From the NCBI GenBank assembly GCA_003164415.1, contig PLTK01000083.1, forward strand, positions 1 to 41,458: a stretch of 41,458 nucleotides of DNA, read 5' to 3'. The position numbers were made by a program, and so were the translations under genes. Under the pieces are notes generated by a model that was not told where the DNA came from, ran no database searches, and saw nothing but the letters and a program-made list of their open reading frames with translations. Below, piece after piece: positions 21,872 through 31,239 of the stretch. Each line of letters opens with the position of its first letter. The first letter of the stretch is position 1. Source of the stretch: Methanobacterium sp. (lineage in GTDB: Archaea > Methanobacteriota > Methanobacteria > Methanobacteriales > Methanobacteriaceae).

Positions 21872-22696
21872 CTAGGAATATTCCGAAACAAATTCCCCTA
21901 CAATGCTTGAATATTCTTTTCTAAGATCCTTCCAATTTTTATGATCTTTTACTATGGCGTCAGCAAGTCTAGGTGCATGATACGCCTCTACACCGTAGAC
22001 ACTCATAGGGAAAGATTCTACAAAGTCCTTCCTTACTGCTCCTCCACCACATCCAATGGCTGGTACTTCAAGACCTTCTTTCTGTAGTGCTGCAACCACT
22101 TTAGGGAAAACAGTCATGGTAGTTGTCATAAGAGCGGTTCCAGTTAATAATATCGGTTTATATTCCTTTACTGCCTTAACGACTTCTGTTGTTGGCACAT
22201 CCCTTCCCATATCTATTGCTTCGTATCCACCGGCTCTTAGGAACATGACAACAAGGTTCTTACCGATATCATGTGGGTCACCTTCAGCCACAAATGAAAC
22301 AGCAGTTCCTTTTGTTTCACTTTTGTGGCCTAAAACCTTCTCACATTCCTTTACACCTTCCATCATCCCATCCCCTGCAAGCATGAGATCTGGAAGGAAG
22401 TAAAACCCTTTGGTATAGAGGACGTTTACTGCATCCATACCCTTCATAAGGCCGTTATTGATTATTTCAATTGGAGATATACCATCATTTAATGCTTTTT
22501 GAACATTCTTTAGAGATGCATCCCTATCCTCATAGAGAACAGCTAGTGCTATGGATTTGAAAGGTTCTTCTGTGGGTAGAATACTAACCACATCATCATC
22601 ATCTTCTGGTTTTATTGCTGGCCCCTCAATTTCCACATTGTATCTCACATGTACTGCATTTTGGTCCATCCTTTCTTCTAACTCTTCATATTTCAT
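21872..22696 (-). CDS. mtaC: Methanol corrinoid protein MtaC
   Basis: B12-binding motif EGDPHDIGKN, TALMTTTM, GGGAV; N-terminal VRYNV; directly downstream of mtaB. Confidence 0.95.
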   Translation of the reverse strand: MKYEELEERMDQNAVHVRYNVEIEGPAIKPEDDDDVVSILPTEEPFKSIALAVLYEDRDASLKNVQKALNDGISPIEIINNGLMKGMDAVNVLYTKGFYFLPDLMLAGDGMMEGVKECEKVLGHKSETKGTAVSFVAEGDPHDIGKNLVVMFLRAGGYEAIDMGRDVPTTEVVKAVKEYKPILLTGTALMTTTMTVFPKVVAALQKEGLEVPAIGCGGGAVRKDFVESFPMSVYGVEAYHAPRLADAIVKDHKNWKDLRKEYSSIVGEFVSEYS

Positions 22697-22710
22697 TTTC
22701 CTTCAACCCC

Positions 22711-24096
22711 CTAGAGTTCATAGCTTTTTGGGTCAAATTCAGCTATTTTTCTTGAGTATTTTCTTAGGCATTCATCAATAAATTGTTCAGAATCTGTTGG
22801 AAGTTCCTCAAATATTTTAAGAGCACTGTCAAGGGAGTCTCTTTCAAATCTTGTGAGATACATTTTTTTAGCATCAACAGCCTCATTAATTATGGCTCCA
22901 GCTTCAAGAGCAGCTGCCCTAGCTCTGAGATAAGGATTTTTACCATATTTTACTATTGCTTCCCCTATCCTGTGTGCATTATCATAGGCCAATACTAATC
23001 CTTGAGGATCTCTGTATTTATCTGTGAGGGTGTAAAGATCTCTTAAGGTTTTTTCCTCTCCTGTTTGGTGGGCTGTGTTCATAAGGGCTGCTTCATAACC
23101 TGTTGCCTGTAACCATACTTCCGGAGTTGTTCCACCCATTTCTTGTCTGTGATAAACCGATTCATTACTCCAAACATCACATACCGCTGCTGTTAAGTTG
23201 CCCATAAGATCCGAGTGTGCACAAACTGCATTTTTACCTTCCATACATATAGGAACTCCACTAATTGACTTAATTATAGGATTTTCATATCCACAATCTT
23301 TTAATGGACCAATAGCACCACATTCAACAGCCACTAAACTTCTAGCTCCAGCTATAGCCCTAGTAAGTGCTGCTAGAGTATGTGAACAATCTTTATCAAG
23401 TAATCCACCGGCCATGAACATGGCTGTATTAGCCTGGGCACAGTCAGTATCTCCTGCTGGTCTGCAGTCGTACTTTTTGCATATATCAACTATTCGTTTC
23501 CACATGTATTCCATATCGATACTACCAAGAACTCCTATACCAAATAATATGGCTTTGGGATCTCCACGGGCTATACCATAATCAGATACTGATTTTCCAC
23601 CCATAGTCTCTATTGCAACACATGATGCACCGTTTGCTGCACTTGCTTCTATGGATTCTATGACCTTGTTATCATAGTCAGAACCTCTGAGTCCTGGATG
23701 TCTCTCTTCAATTCTTATATCTGCAGGTGTTGCCATTAATGAAACTTTGATATCGTATTCATCATGGTATTTCTCCAAGATTTCTGCTTGGGCTTGTGTA
23801 CAATCTGCAGTCCATTCAGGATTGTTTGTTTGCTGGAAAATATGTTCTTGTTCCACCATAAATGCTGGTAATCCTATTGATACTGCTCGATCACAAGCAC
23901 TTTGTGTAATGTTTCTACATTCTGAAACCATTTGTTCTTTTGTTTCTTCAGAACCTTCTACAGGAGCGACTTTAATTTCCGGAACAACATAACCAGCACC
24001 TATTTGCGTATTCCATCGCTGGCTAGTTGGGTATTTGGCTCGTCCGAAAACCATTTCATCCGGGTTTTTATATGCCATTTTAGTAAATCTTTTCAT
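22711..24096 (-). CDS. mtaB: Methanol:corrinoid methyltransferase MtaB
   Basis: N-terminus KRFTKMAY..PDEMVFG; Zn-ligand motifs IETMGGK, GDTDCAQANTAMF, KDCGYE; DVWSNESV; DKYRDPQ. Confidence 0.97.
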   Translation of the reverse strand: MKRFTKMAYKNPDEMVFGRAKYPTSQRWNTQIGAGYVVPEIKVAPVEGSEETKEQMVSECRNITQSACDRAVSIGLPAFMVEQEHIFQQTNNPEWTADCTQAQAEILEKYHDEYDIKVSLMATPADIRIEERHPGLRGSDYDNKVIESIEASAANGASCVAIETMGGKSVSDYGIARGDPKAILFGIGVLGSIDMEYMWKRIVDICKKYDCRPAGDTDCAQANTAMFMAGGLLDKDCSHTLAALTRAIAGARSLVAVECGAIGPLKDCGYENPIIKSISGVPICMEGKNAVCAHSDLMGNLTAAVCDVWSNESVYHRQEMGGTTPEVWLQATGYEAALMNTAHQTGEEKTLRDLYTLTDKYRDPQGLVLAYDNAHRIGEAIVKYGKNPYLRARAAALEAGAIINEAVDAKKMYLTRFERDSLDSALKIFEELPTDSEQFIDECLRKYSRKIAEFDPKSYEL

Positions 24097-24143
24097 TCTA
24101 GATCACCTTATAAGTAAATCCTTTCATTATAGATCACCTTATA
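24082..24143 (-). repeat. 31-bp tandem duplication (29/31 identical) of the mtaB RBS and start region
   Basis: agtaaatcttttcattctagatcaccttata (24082-24112) followed by agtaaatcctttcattatagatcaccttata (24113-24143). Confidence 0.95.
24098..24127 (-). CDS. Possible 9-aa upstream ORF MKGFTYKVI in the mtaB leader
   Basis: Has its own AGGTGAT RBS and ATG; its TAG ends 1 nt before the mtaB ATG. Confidence 0.45.
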   Translation of the reverse strand: MKGFTYKVI

Positions 24144-24161
24144 TTATTATTGTACGTGTAT

Positions 24162-24177
24162 TCTATAAATCTTTTGG
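24162..24177 (-). promoter_or_regulatory. Probable BRE/TATA promoter of mtaB-mtaC(-ramA)
   Basis: Minus strand CCAAAAGATTTATAGA: purine-rich BRE-like run plus TTTATA, about 20 nt upstream of the duplicated RBS region. Confidence 0.55.
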
Positions 24178-24445
24178 AATTTTATTCAAATTCTGTGGAA
24201 GAAATTCCAAGTTTAATCCATCTAACTCTCCAAATAAATTGATTAGTTAGTTATATGGAAAAAAAGGTAACAAAATCGTTAAACTGTTAGTTTCTGGTTT
24301 AATGGATTGTTAAATAGACATAAAATAATCAATATAAAATAGAATAATATTAAAATATTGTAAAAATAAATCTTTATCAGTATATTATTATTTAGTTTAG
24401 ATAAAATGGATCAAAATATTGTTTAGTTGCGGAGGACTTTTTAAA

Positions 24446-25003
24446 ATGATGGTTGAAGAGGCTATAAATATAATAGAAAAATTAAATGGAGCAGTTGATG
24501 TTCAAAAACTTTCAGACGAAGATAAAGAAGTTCTAATTAAAATTGAATCCAATCATTCCAATGATATTATACCAATTGTTAACAAGGGTTTGGAGGAATG
24601 TTTAAGCAGAGAATTCTGTTTAGTCCTGCTTAAAACCGAGGATTTTAGAATTCCATCCGAACCAACAGTACTTCTTGTAACAGATAGTGGGAGAATTTTA
24701 GGCCAAGAGTTGATTTCTCCCGAAGATAAGAGGAAATATTCCCACAACGATAATGTTGTTTTTCTGAGTAACAACTTCATAATTTTTAAGCCCGATAGCA
24801 TAACCAGACCCGCAGGTGTCGAAAAACAGTTATTTATTTTACCCGCAATCCCATTTCCAGAGTTAAATGATGTTACAACTATATCTGAGGTTATATCATG
24901 CAGTCCTTCAACATTAGGAGATAAATATCTTAAAGATAAGTACAATTATCCCGATGATCCCCATCTTGCAACGATAATTGTTGCTTTTTCAAAAAAAGAG
25001 TAA
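24446..25003 (+). CDS. Hypothetical protein embedded in the mta cluster, divergent from mtaB
   Basis: GGAGG RBS before ATG 24446; soluble 185-aa protein with NKGLEECLSR, PTVLL, ILGQE, PAIPFPEL and SCSPS segments. Confidence 0.8.
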   Translation: MMVEEAINIIEKLNGAVDVQKLSDEDKEVLIKIESNHSNDIIPIVNKGLEECLSREFCLVLLKTEDFRIPSEPTVLLVTDSGRILGQELISPEDKRKYSHNDNVVFLSNNFIIFKPDSITRPAGVEKQLFILPAIPFPELNDVTTISEVISCSPSTLGDKYLKDKYNYPDDPHLATIIVAFSKKE

Positions 25004-25016
25004 TAATTATTGAATT

Positions 25017-26075
25017 TTAATCATAAAATTCATTTCTAGCATCAACCATTGCCTTAATATTTGCAATGGGAGATCTGGGAGCTAATCCACAGCTAGGTGC
25101 TAATATATCGACTCCAGCATTAAGTGCTTTTTTTACTTCTTCTTTAACATCTTCGATTGAGCCTCTAAATAGTGTTTGAGTTGAGGATATGTTTCCAACT
25201 ATTTTTGAAGATGTTTCACCACCCATGTTCATGACCTTACCACCTACCCTTAAAACTTTTCCACCCTTTTCAAGGTCGTGTTTGGCCTTTGCAATATCCA
25301 CATTCTCTTCTACACTGATTGCATCATAACCTATACTTGCCATGTCGTGTATTATTGGCTGGCTTGATCCACATATGTGGAGAATTTTTTTCGTTCTTAT
25401 TACATTTGCAAGGTCTTCTAGTCTTGGTTTTACAATAGTTTTAAATTGGAGGGGATCTATTAGTTCAGGTGCAGCTGTTGGCTCTGCAACACATATAATA
25501 TCGGGTTCAGCTTCAGATATAGCTTCTGCATAATCCATACATGCATCAAGAGAGTTATCCACCGCATTTTCAATATCTCCTGGCCTCATCTTCATGTCTC
25601 TTAACATGTTTTCAACACCAAGCAAATGTCCTGTGAGTGTAAATGGTCCTGTCATTCCAACAATAATTGGAATTGTATCCCCATATTCGTCCTTTAATCT
25701 TTTTATAGCTTCAAGAACAACTGGGATCCTTCCTTTATTCAGGAAATCTGTTGGTACCTCTATATCACTGGCCGTTCTAAATGGTGTTTCAGTTACTTGT
25801 GGGGTTCTTTCAATGCTTCCAAGATCTACTGTACATCCCATTGCTTCTGCTTCAACTGTTAGGCAGAAGGGTATTCTTGCACATTCCAAACCTGCAAGTT
25901 CATGAAGAGAGCTGCCTAAAATTGCCATCATATCTGCATTAATATGTGCTTCAGGCCAATATACATCTGTTTTTTCCATAGCTTCAACTATTGCTATTTG
26001 TGTAACACTAAGTACCGGAGTTATATCGCTTTCTTCACCTGAAAGTACTTTTAAAACATTGTTTTTTATATTCAT
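25017..26075 (-). CDS. mtaA: Methylcobamide:CoM methyltransferase MtaA (UroD family)
   Basis: RIPFCLTVEAEAMGC, GPFTL, Zn ligands LHICG and APSCG; located in the mta cluster. Confidence 0.93.
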   Translation of the reverse strand: MNIKNNVLKVLSGEESDITPVLSVTQIAIVEAMEKTDVYWPEAHINADMMAILGSSLHELAGLECARIPFCLTVEAEAMGCTVDLGSIERTPQVTETPFRTASDIEVPTDFLNKGRIPVVLEAIKRLKDEYGDTIPIIVGMTGPFTLTGHLLGVENMLRDMKMRPGDIENAVDNSLDACMDYAEAISEAEPDIICVAEPTAAPELIDPLQFKTIVKPRLEDLANVIRTKKILHICGSSQPIIHDMASIGYDAISVEENVDIAKAKHDLEKGGKVLRVGGKVMNMGGETSSKIVGNISSTQTLFRGSIEDVKEEVKKALNAGVDILAPSCGLAPRSPIANIKAMVDARNEFYD

Positions 26076-26406
26076 GGTTTCACGTGGTTAAATTTTTTTT
26101 TAATACATTTAACTAGATTTATGATAGTGTGACATATCCTGTATTAATATGTAAATATCTTTGGATTGGAAATTATCTAAATTACCCTATTGCATTTTTC
26201 TAAAACCCTTTCCCCTATTAATCAAATATTTATGTTGTGGGATATGGATATATTTTTCCAATTAAACGTGCTTAAAGTCAATTATGAACAATAAAATGAA
26301 TACAGCACTAATATTATTCACTTCAAAGTTTATCGAATAAAAATTGTGGAAACAATAAAAAAAAAAAGTGAAAAATTTTTATAAAAAGTTAAGAATGTTA
26401 TTTTTT

Positions 26407-27246
26407 TTATTCTGGTTTGTAAATCAAAGCCAAAGCTCTAACATAATACATCTGAGAATAGGGTAGTAATATCAAGGCCAATATTAGGGAGATTATATAA
26501 AATGAAACACTGTCAGTTGAAACACTGAAGATGAAACTGATTAGAGTTCCTATACTGAATATTAATAAAAAGATAACTCCCGTTGTTACATACCATTTTA
26601 TAAGGTTAACCCAACCTATATCCCCAATAATTTCAATTATTTCCCCTAATCTAAATGCAGCAGCAAATTCTCTTTCATAGGCCATATTTGCTATTGCTAG
26701 AAGGAATAATGGTAGAATTATGATAAATTCAATTAATAAAACAATTACATATTGATTTAATATGTTAAATGCAATTATAAACAAATTCTCTATACCCGTT
26801 AAGATTCCGGTAACTAAAAAGTTTATTGGACTAATACCTGTACTTCCAATTATGGCCATAATATCTAATCCAAATGATGATAAACCTCCTAGTAATAGGA
26901 GTATAATTAGGAAAACAATGAGTGGCGGCAGTATTAAGTATACAATAAAGGTTAAAAATACTTTCATCCCGTCTATTAAGAGATTTTTCCAGTCATTAAA
27001 TTCGGGTGGTTTATTTTCACCATCAACAGATGTTTTTACGATTCTAAAAAGGTAACCATCTACTATAAGTCCTGAAATTAATCCAATAACAACAAAAATC
27101 AGTACAATTGCATAATTTGTTATATCAATTAAATTCAATAGGGATGATATCCCCCCGATCACAATAAAAATTCCCAATACAATAATTTTCTTCCAATCTG
27201 AAACTGGATATTTCAATGAATCTTTGACTAATTCGGTTATATTCAT
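26407..27246 (-). CDS. DUF4013 family membrane protein
   Basis: DSLKYPVSDWKK, GYLFRIVK, PPEFNDWKNLLIDG.K, AAFRLGEI..IGW. Confidence 0.88.
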   Translation of the reverse strand: MNITELVKDSLKYPVSDWKKIIVLGIFIVIGGISSLLNLIDITNYAIVLIFVVIGLISGLIVDGYLFRIVKTSVDGENKPPEFNDWKNLLIDGMKVFLTFIVYLILPPLIVFLIILLLLGGLSSFGLDIMAIIGSTGISPINFLVTGILTGIENLFIIAFNILNQYVIVLLIEFIIILPLFLLAIANMAYEREFAAAFRLGEIIEIIGDIGWVNLIKWYVTTGVIFLLIFSIGTLISFIFSVSTDSVSFYIISLILALILLPYSQMYYVRALALIYKPE

Positions 27247-27536
27247 ACTCTTTTACCTCATATTTGGATTACAATGATAAAGATATGGAAATCTATCATA
27301 TAAAAAATTATATCAGTTAGGTTCACATAATAAAAAGTTTTCAAATAAATTTACCATTAGGGACTGCGACTGATTGGCTGCTGTTATTGTAAATAAAATG
27401 GTATTTGCCCTAGAGTGGAAAATTTTAAATTAAATTTAGAATAGAATTAATAATAACATATAAATTGGGGATGTATAACCGATCCTAATGACACCAGGGC
27501 AATGGATTAACTTTTATCTGTTGATACAGTAGAAAT

Positions 27537-27674
27537 CTATTTTGAATTCCATTTCTTTCGATGAAATAAAAAGTCTAAATCGTAATCAACACGTTTTAAA
27601 ACATCTTTAGAACCATTACACTCCACAATATGCCTTAATTGATGTAGTAATCTCATTTTTTGTTTACTATCCAC
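27537..27674 (-). CDS. Small unannotated protein, 45 aa (MDSKQKMRLLHQLRHIVECNGSKDVLKRVDYDLDFLFHRKKWNSK)
   Basis: AGGTGAT RBS 4 nt before a GTG start; open frame to TAG; shorter than any ORF in the supplied track. Confidence 0.5.
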   Translation of the reverse strand: MDSKQKMRLLHQLRHIVECNGSKDVLKRVDYDLDFLFHRKKWNSK

Positions 27675-28062
27675 CCAGATCACCTAAATACAATTCTTTG
27701 AAATTTATTTGAATCTTGAGTTTTCAGCCCAAAAAAAATAGAAACACTAAACTTTTAATTCGTCTATTTTCAAACTTGAGTATTAAATCAAATTTAGCTT
27801 GATCTATCCATGTTGCATTAGACTGAAAAGATTCTATAAACTCCACATATATTTTGATTTATATTCTGTTGATATTATCTAATATAATCTTTTATATTTA
27901 TGGTGAAATAGAATGTAATAGACACAAATTAGAATGACTGTATATCAATAAAATTAACCATTATGTAGTGGGTAACTCATTGAATTAAAATAAATAAATG
28001 ATTATAAATCTGTAAAATATGATTAAATACGGTTATAAAAAAAAATAACAAATTATGTAAAT

Positions 28063-28422
28063 TTAATCCATTTTAGGTTCCATTATTGCAAAGATGTTTC
28101 CCTCGGTGTCCTTGAAGGATCCCATTATACCCATTTTAGGAATTTCCATTTTCTCGGACATCTTGGTTCCACCTTTCTTCACAATTTTTTTTGCAAAATC
28201 ATCATAAGAATCGACACCAATGGTATCCCTAACCATATCTCCCATTTCCTTAGTCATTATGGCTCCATTAATACCCGGTTCTTCATCGGGTCCTGTTGTT
28301 ATAAGCCAGTAGTCAAAAGGACCATCCCATTTTTCAATTGTCCATCCAAACACATCTTCATAGAATTTTATAGCCCTTTCAGGATCATCTGCAGGAATTT
28401 CAAACCATATAACCTTTGACAT
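28063..28422 (-). CDS. VOC/glyoxalase family protein
   Basis: WFEIPADDPERAIKFY..VFGW, PGINGAI, FKDTEGN; GGGGGA RBS supports a start at 28422. Confidence 0.92.
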   Translation of the reverse strand: MSKVIWFEIPADDPERAIKFYEDVFGWTIEKWDGPFDYWLITTGPDEEPGINGAIMTKEMGDMVRDTIGVDSYDDFAKKIVKKGGTKMSEKMEIPKMGIMGSFKDTEGNIFAIMEPKMD

Positions 28423-28583
28423 ATTTAATATTCCCCCTTTTTTAAAAAAATTTTTAGTACATTCCAATTTAAATCAATTAAATACATCCTAATACTGTTT
28501 TATACAGCATGATAAATATATTTTATGATCCAAAAAATTTTATAAACAAATTATTATTAGAAATAACCAATAAATGATAATCC

Positions 28584-29219
28584 ATGACAAAAAAAACTGT
28601 TCTTTGCTATGGTGACTCAATTACATGGGGTTACAATCCAGCGAACCAGAACAGAATGGCCTGGGATGAAAGATGGACCGGAGTACTGACCAATGGATTG
28701 AATGATAATTATATAGTTATTGAAGAGGGTTTAAAGGGCAGAACAACAACTTGGAACGATCCAATTGATGGTGCAAGTAAAAACGGGTTAAATTATTTAA
28801 TACCTTGTCTTGACAGCCATAAACCTATAGATCTATGCATATTACTTTTAGGGTTGAACGATCTTAAAAAACGATTTTCTCTCCCTTCAATTGAAATTGC
28901 ACGTGGAATAACAGTGATAATAGAGGTTATAAAGAAAAGCAAAACGGGTATTGATGGTTCAGCACCTAAAATATTGCTTTTAACTCCACCAATTATAAAT
29001 CCTGTCGAAGATTTATCACAAGAATTTCGAAATTCACATAACAAATCACTTAAATTACCGGGTTACTATGCAAAAATTGCCCGAGATTACGGCGTAGAAT
29101 TTCTTGACATATCAAAAATAATAAAAGTCAGCAAACTGGATGGGGTGCACATTGACGTTGGGGAACAGCTCAAACTTGGAAATCTTGTTTTAAAAAAAGT
29201 TAAAAAGATCATGGAATAG
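28584..29219 (+). CDS. SGNH/GDSL hydrolase (arylesterase-like)
   Basis: CYGDSITWG, EEGLKGRT, LGLND and DGVH blocks. Confidence 0.93.
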   Translation: MTKKTVLCYGDSITWGYNPANQNRMAWDERWTGVLTNGLNDNYIVIEEGLKGRTTTWNDPIDGASKNGLNYLIPCLDSHKPIDLCILLLGLNDLKKRFSLPSIEIARGITVIIEVIKKSKTGIDGSAPKILLLTPPIINPVEDLSQEFRNSHNKSLKLPGYYAKIARDYGVEFLDISKIIKVSKLDGVHIDVGEQLKLGNLVLKKVKKIME

Positions 29220-29248
29220 TAAAGGAAAAAATTATAGAATTAAAATTG

Positions 29249-30058
29249 TTATTCTCCTATTTTTTTGATGTATATAAGTGCCGATGATCTTGCAAAGTAC
29301 ATATATAGGTATGGGACGATAACAACGGAAATTAACAATCCACCAATATCAATAATATGTAATAAACCGAAAATACCGAGTGTAAATGCTCCTAAAAATG
29401 TTAAAATCGCAAGAAAGATCAATCCACTAGACAAATACCATGATATTAGGTTAATCCATCCTATGCTCATGATTTTATCTAATATCTCACGGATTTTAAA
29501 TGCTGAAACAAGTTCACTGTTATTATCTGCCATATATACCAATGAAAGAATAAATAATGGCAGTACCACAATCATGTATATTATTGCCAAGAAAATTCCA
29601 ATTCCAATCCCCAGATTCAACAGGATATAGATGATATTTTCCAAATTAAAACCATTGTAAATGGCATGAGTTATTATTATTCTCAAAGCAGACGAAGATA
29701 ATATGGCAAAAATGGATATAGTCATGATAATTGGTATCATATAAACAATACCCACTATGAACACTTTAATACCGTCCGATAACTTTTCATTTACAGCATC
29801 AAATTGTGGAAGCTTTTTAGCATCAGATAATGACAATTTTATAACTTGCAAGAAGTAACCAGTAAAATAGATGCTAACAATTAATTCTAGAAGAACTAAT
29901 AATAGAATTAAACCCTTGTTAGTCAAACCATTTAGGGCGAAAAATAACCTAAATACTGCTGTAGTCGTAAATAATCCTATAAAACCATATATTAATACTT
30001 TTTTCCAATCAGAAAGCGGATATCTTAATGCATCTTCAACTATTTCACCAACATTCAT
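29249..30058 (-). CDS. DUF4013 family membrane protein (second paralog)
   Basis: DALRYPLSDWKK, LPQF, DGIKVFIV, SAFKIREI..IGW. Confidence 0.88.
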   Translation of the reverse strand: MNVGEIVEDALRYPLSDWKKVLIYGFIGLFTTTAVFRLFFALNGLTNKGLILLLVLLELIVSIYFTGYFLQVIKLSLSDAKKLPQFDAVNEKLSDGIKVFIVGIVYMIPIIMTISIFAILSSSALRIIITHAIYNGFNLENIIYILLNLGIGIGIFLAIIYMIVVLPLFILSLVYMADNNSELVSAFKIREILDKIMSIGWINLISWYLSSGLIFLAILTFLGAFTLGIFGLLHIIDIGGLLISVVIVPYLYMYFARSSALIYIKKIGE

Positions 30059-30269
30059 ATACCCGCCTCCATTATTTTTTTTACCTATTTGTAAAGATAT
30101 ATCTTGATACGAAAATTTATCTCTATTGATTAACTAATTTTATTGAGAGCATTTAAATATAATTGTAATAATACGATTTGGTATATTATATTAAAAGAGA
30201 ATAACCTATTATCTAAATTAACAATTCTTAGAAATTTCTAAATAACAGGATAAATTTTGGGGAAATAGA

Positions 30270-30926
30270 ATGTCCGAAACATCAGCAGATAATGATTTTT
30301 TACACAGGAGCCATGATTATTTTGTTGGCCTATACCATCGAAATGTGAAATTTATAATCTTTTCAACCGCTATATTTTTTATAGCTGTTGTTATAGGTGG
30401 TTTATTGGGTTATTTTCTACCCAGCTCAGTTGAAAATTTCCTTATGACCATAGTTAAGACCGACCAGTTAATTGCACGTGAACACGGTATAACAACATAT
30501 ACAATACTCACCCATAACCTACAAAGTTTATTTATTACATTTCTAGGCGGTATTATTGGTATAATTACATTTGGTACAATATTTTTAAATGGATTTATCT
30601 ACGGAGCATTTCTAGGATATCTTGGATCCAGCCATGTAACTAGTTCTACGCTAGGACCACTATCTCCTAAACTGTTCATAATTTACACGGTACCCCATGG
30701 AATATTTGAAATTACAGGATTTATTATAGCAGGTGCAGCCGGATTCAGACTCACAAAAATAGTTTATAATTTGTTAAAAAGTGATGATAGTGTGAGTGAC
30801 CATTATTGGGAATTTAAAGATGCTATGGCCCTTTTTATAATTGCTATTGTTTTAATTGTAATCGCAGCAATTATTGAAGCCAATTACACCCTGCCACTTG
30901 GAAATTATATAACACATTTACATTAA
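30270..30926 (+). CDS. SpoIIM/DUF95 family membrane protein
   Basis: ILTHNL, FLNGFIYG, VPHGIFEI and AAIIEA motifs. Confidence 0.9.
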   Translation: MSETSADNDFLHRSHDYFVGLYHRNVKFIIFSTAIFFIAVVIGGLLGYFLPSSVENFLMTIVKTDQLIAREHGITTYTILTHNLQSLFITFLGGIIGIITFGTIFLNGFIYGAFLGYLGSSHVTSSTLGPLSPKLFIIYTVPHGIFEITGFIIAGAAGFRLTKIVYNLLKSDDSVSDHYWEFKDAMALFIIAIVLIVIAAIIEANYTLPLGNYITHLH

Positions 30927-30975
30927 AAAAAAAGGTTTAGAATTTATTTATGAAGAAATATGAAGACTTCTAAAG

Positions 30976-31239
30976 TTAGAATTTTTCAGGTTTTAAACCT
31001 TTAATCTCAGATATAAAATCAGTTAAATCATTAATTGCCATCGCTCTTGCTTGTTCTTCATAAATTCCCAGTTGTTGAAGTGTTTTGAATCTATTAATTA
31101 GATCATCACAACGATTTACAAATTCAGTTGCAGATAGATCTTTACCCTTTTTAACTAATGTAAGATCATCCAGTAACTCTGTATATTCCCTAACACACTC
31201 TTCATATCTCATAAGTTCAGCATCTTTATCAATTACCAC
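30976..31239 (-). CDS. Hypothetical helical protein (87 aa)
   Basis: GGGAG RBS; charged, helical-looking ORF. Confidence 0.6.
   Translation of the reverse strand: MVIDKDAELMRYEECVREYTELLDDLTLVKKGKDLSATEFVNRCDDLINRFKTLQQLGIYEEQARAMAINDLTDFISEIKGLKPEKF

Noticed and set aside
27720-27980. Possible minus-strand gene remnant (..YVEFIESFQSNATWIDQAKFDLILKFENRR..)
   Set aside because: Interrupted by stops with no recognisable family; cannot be supported without a search
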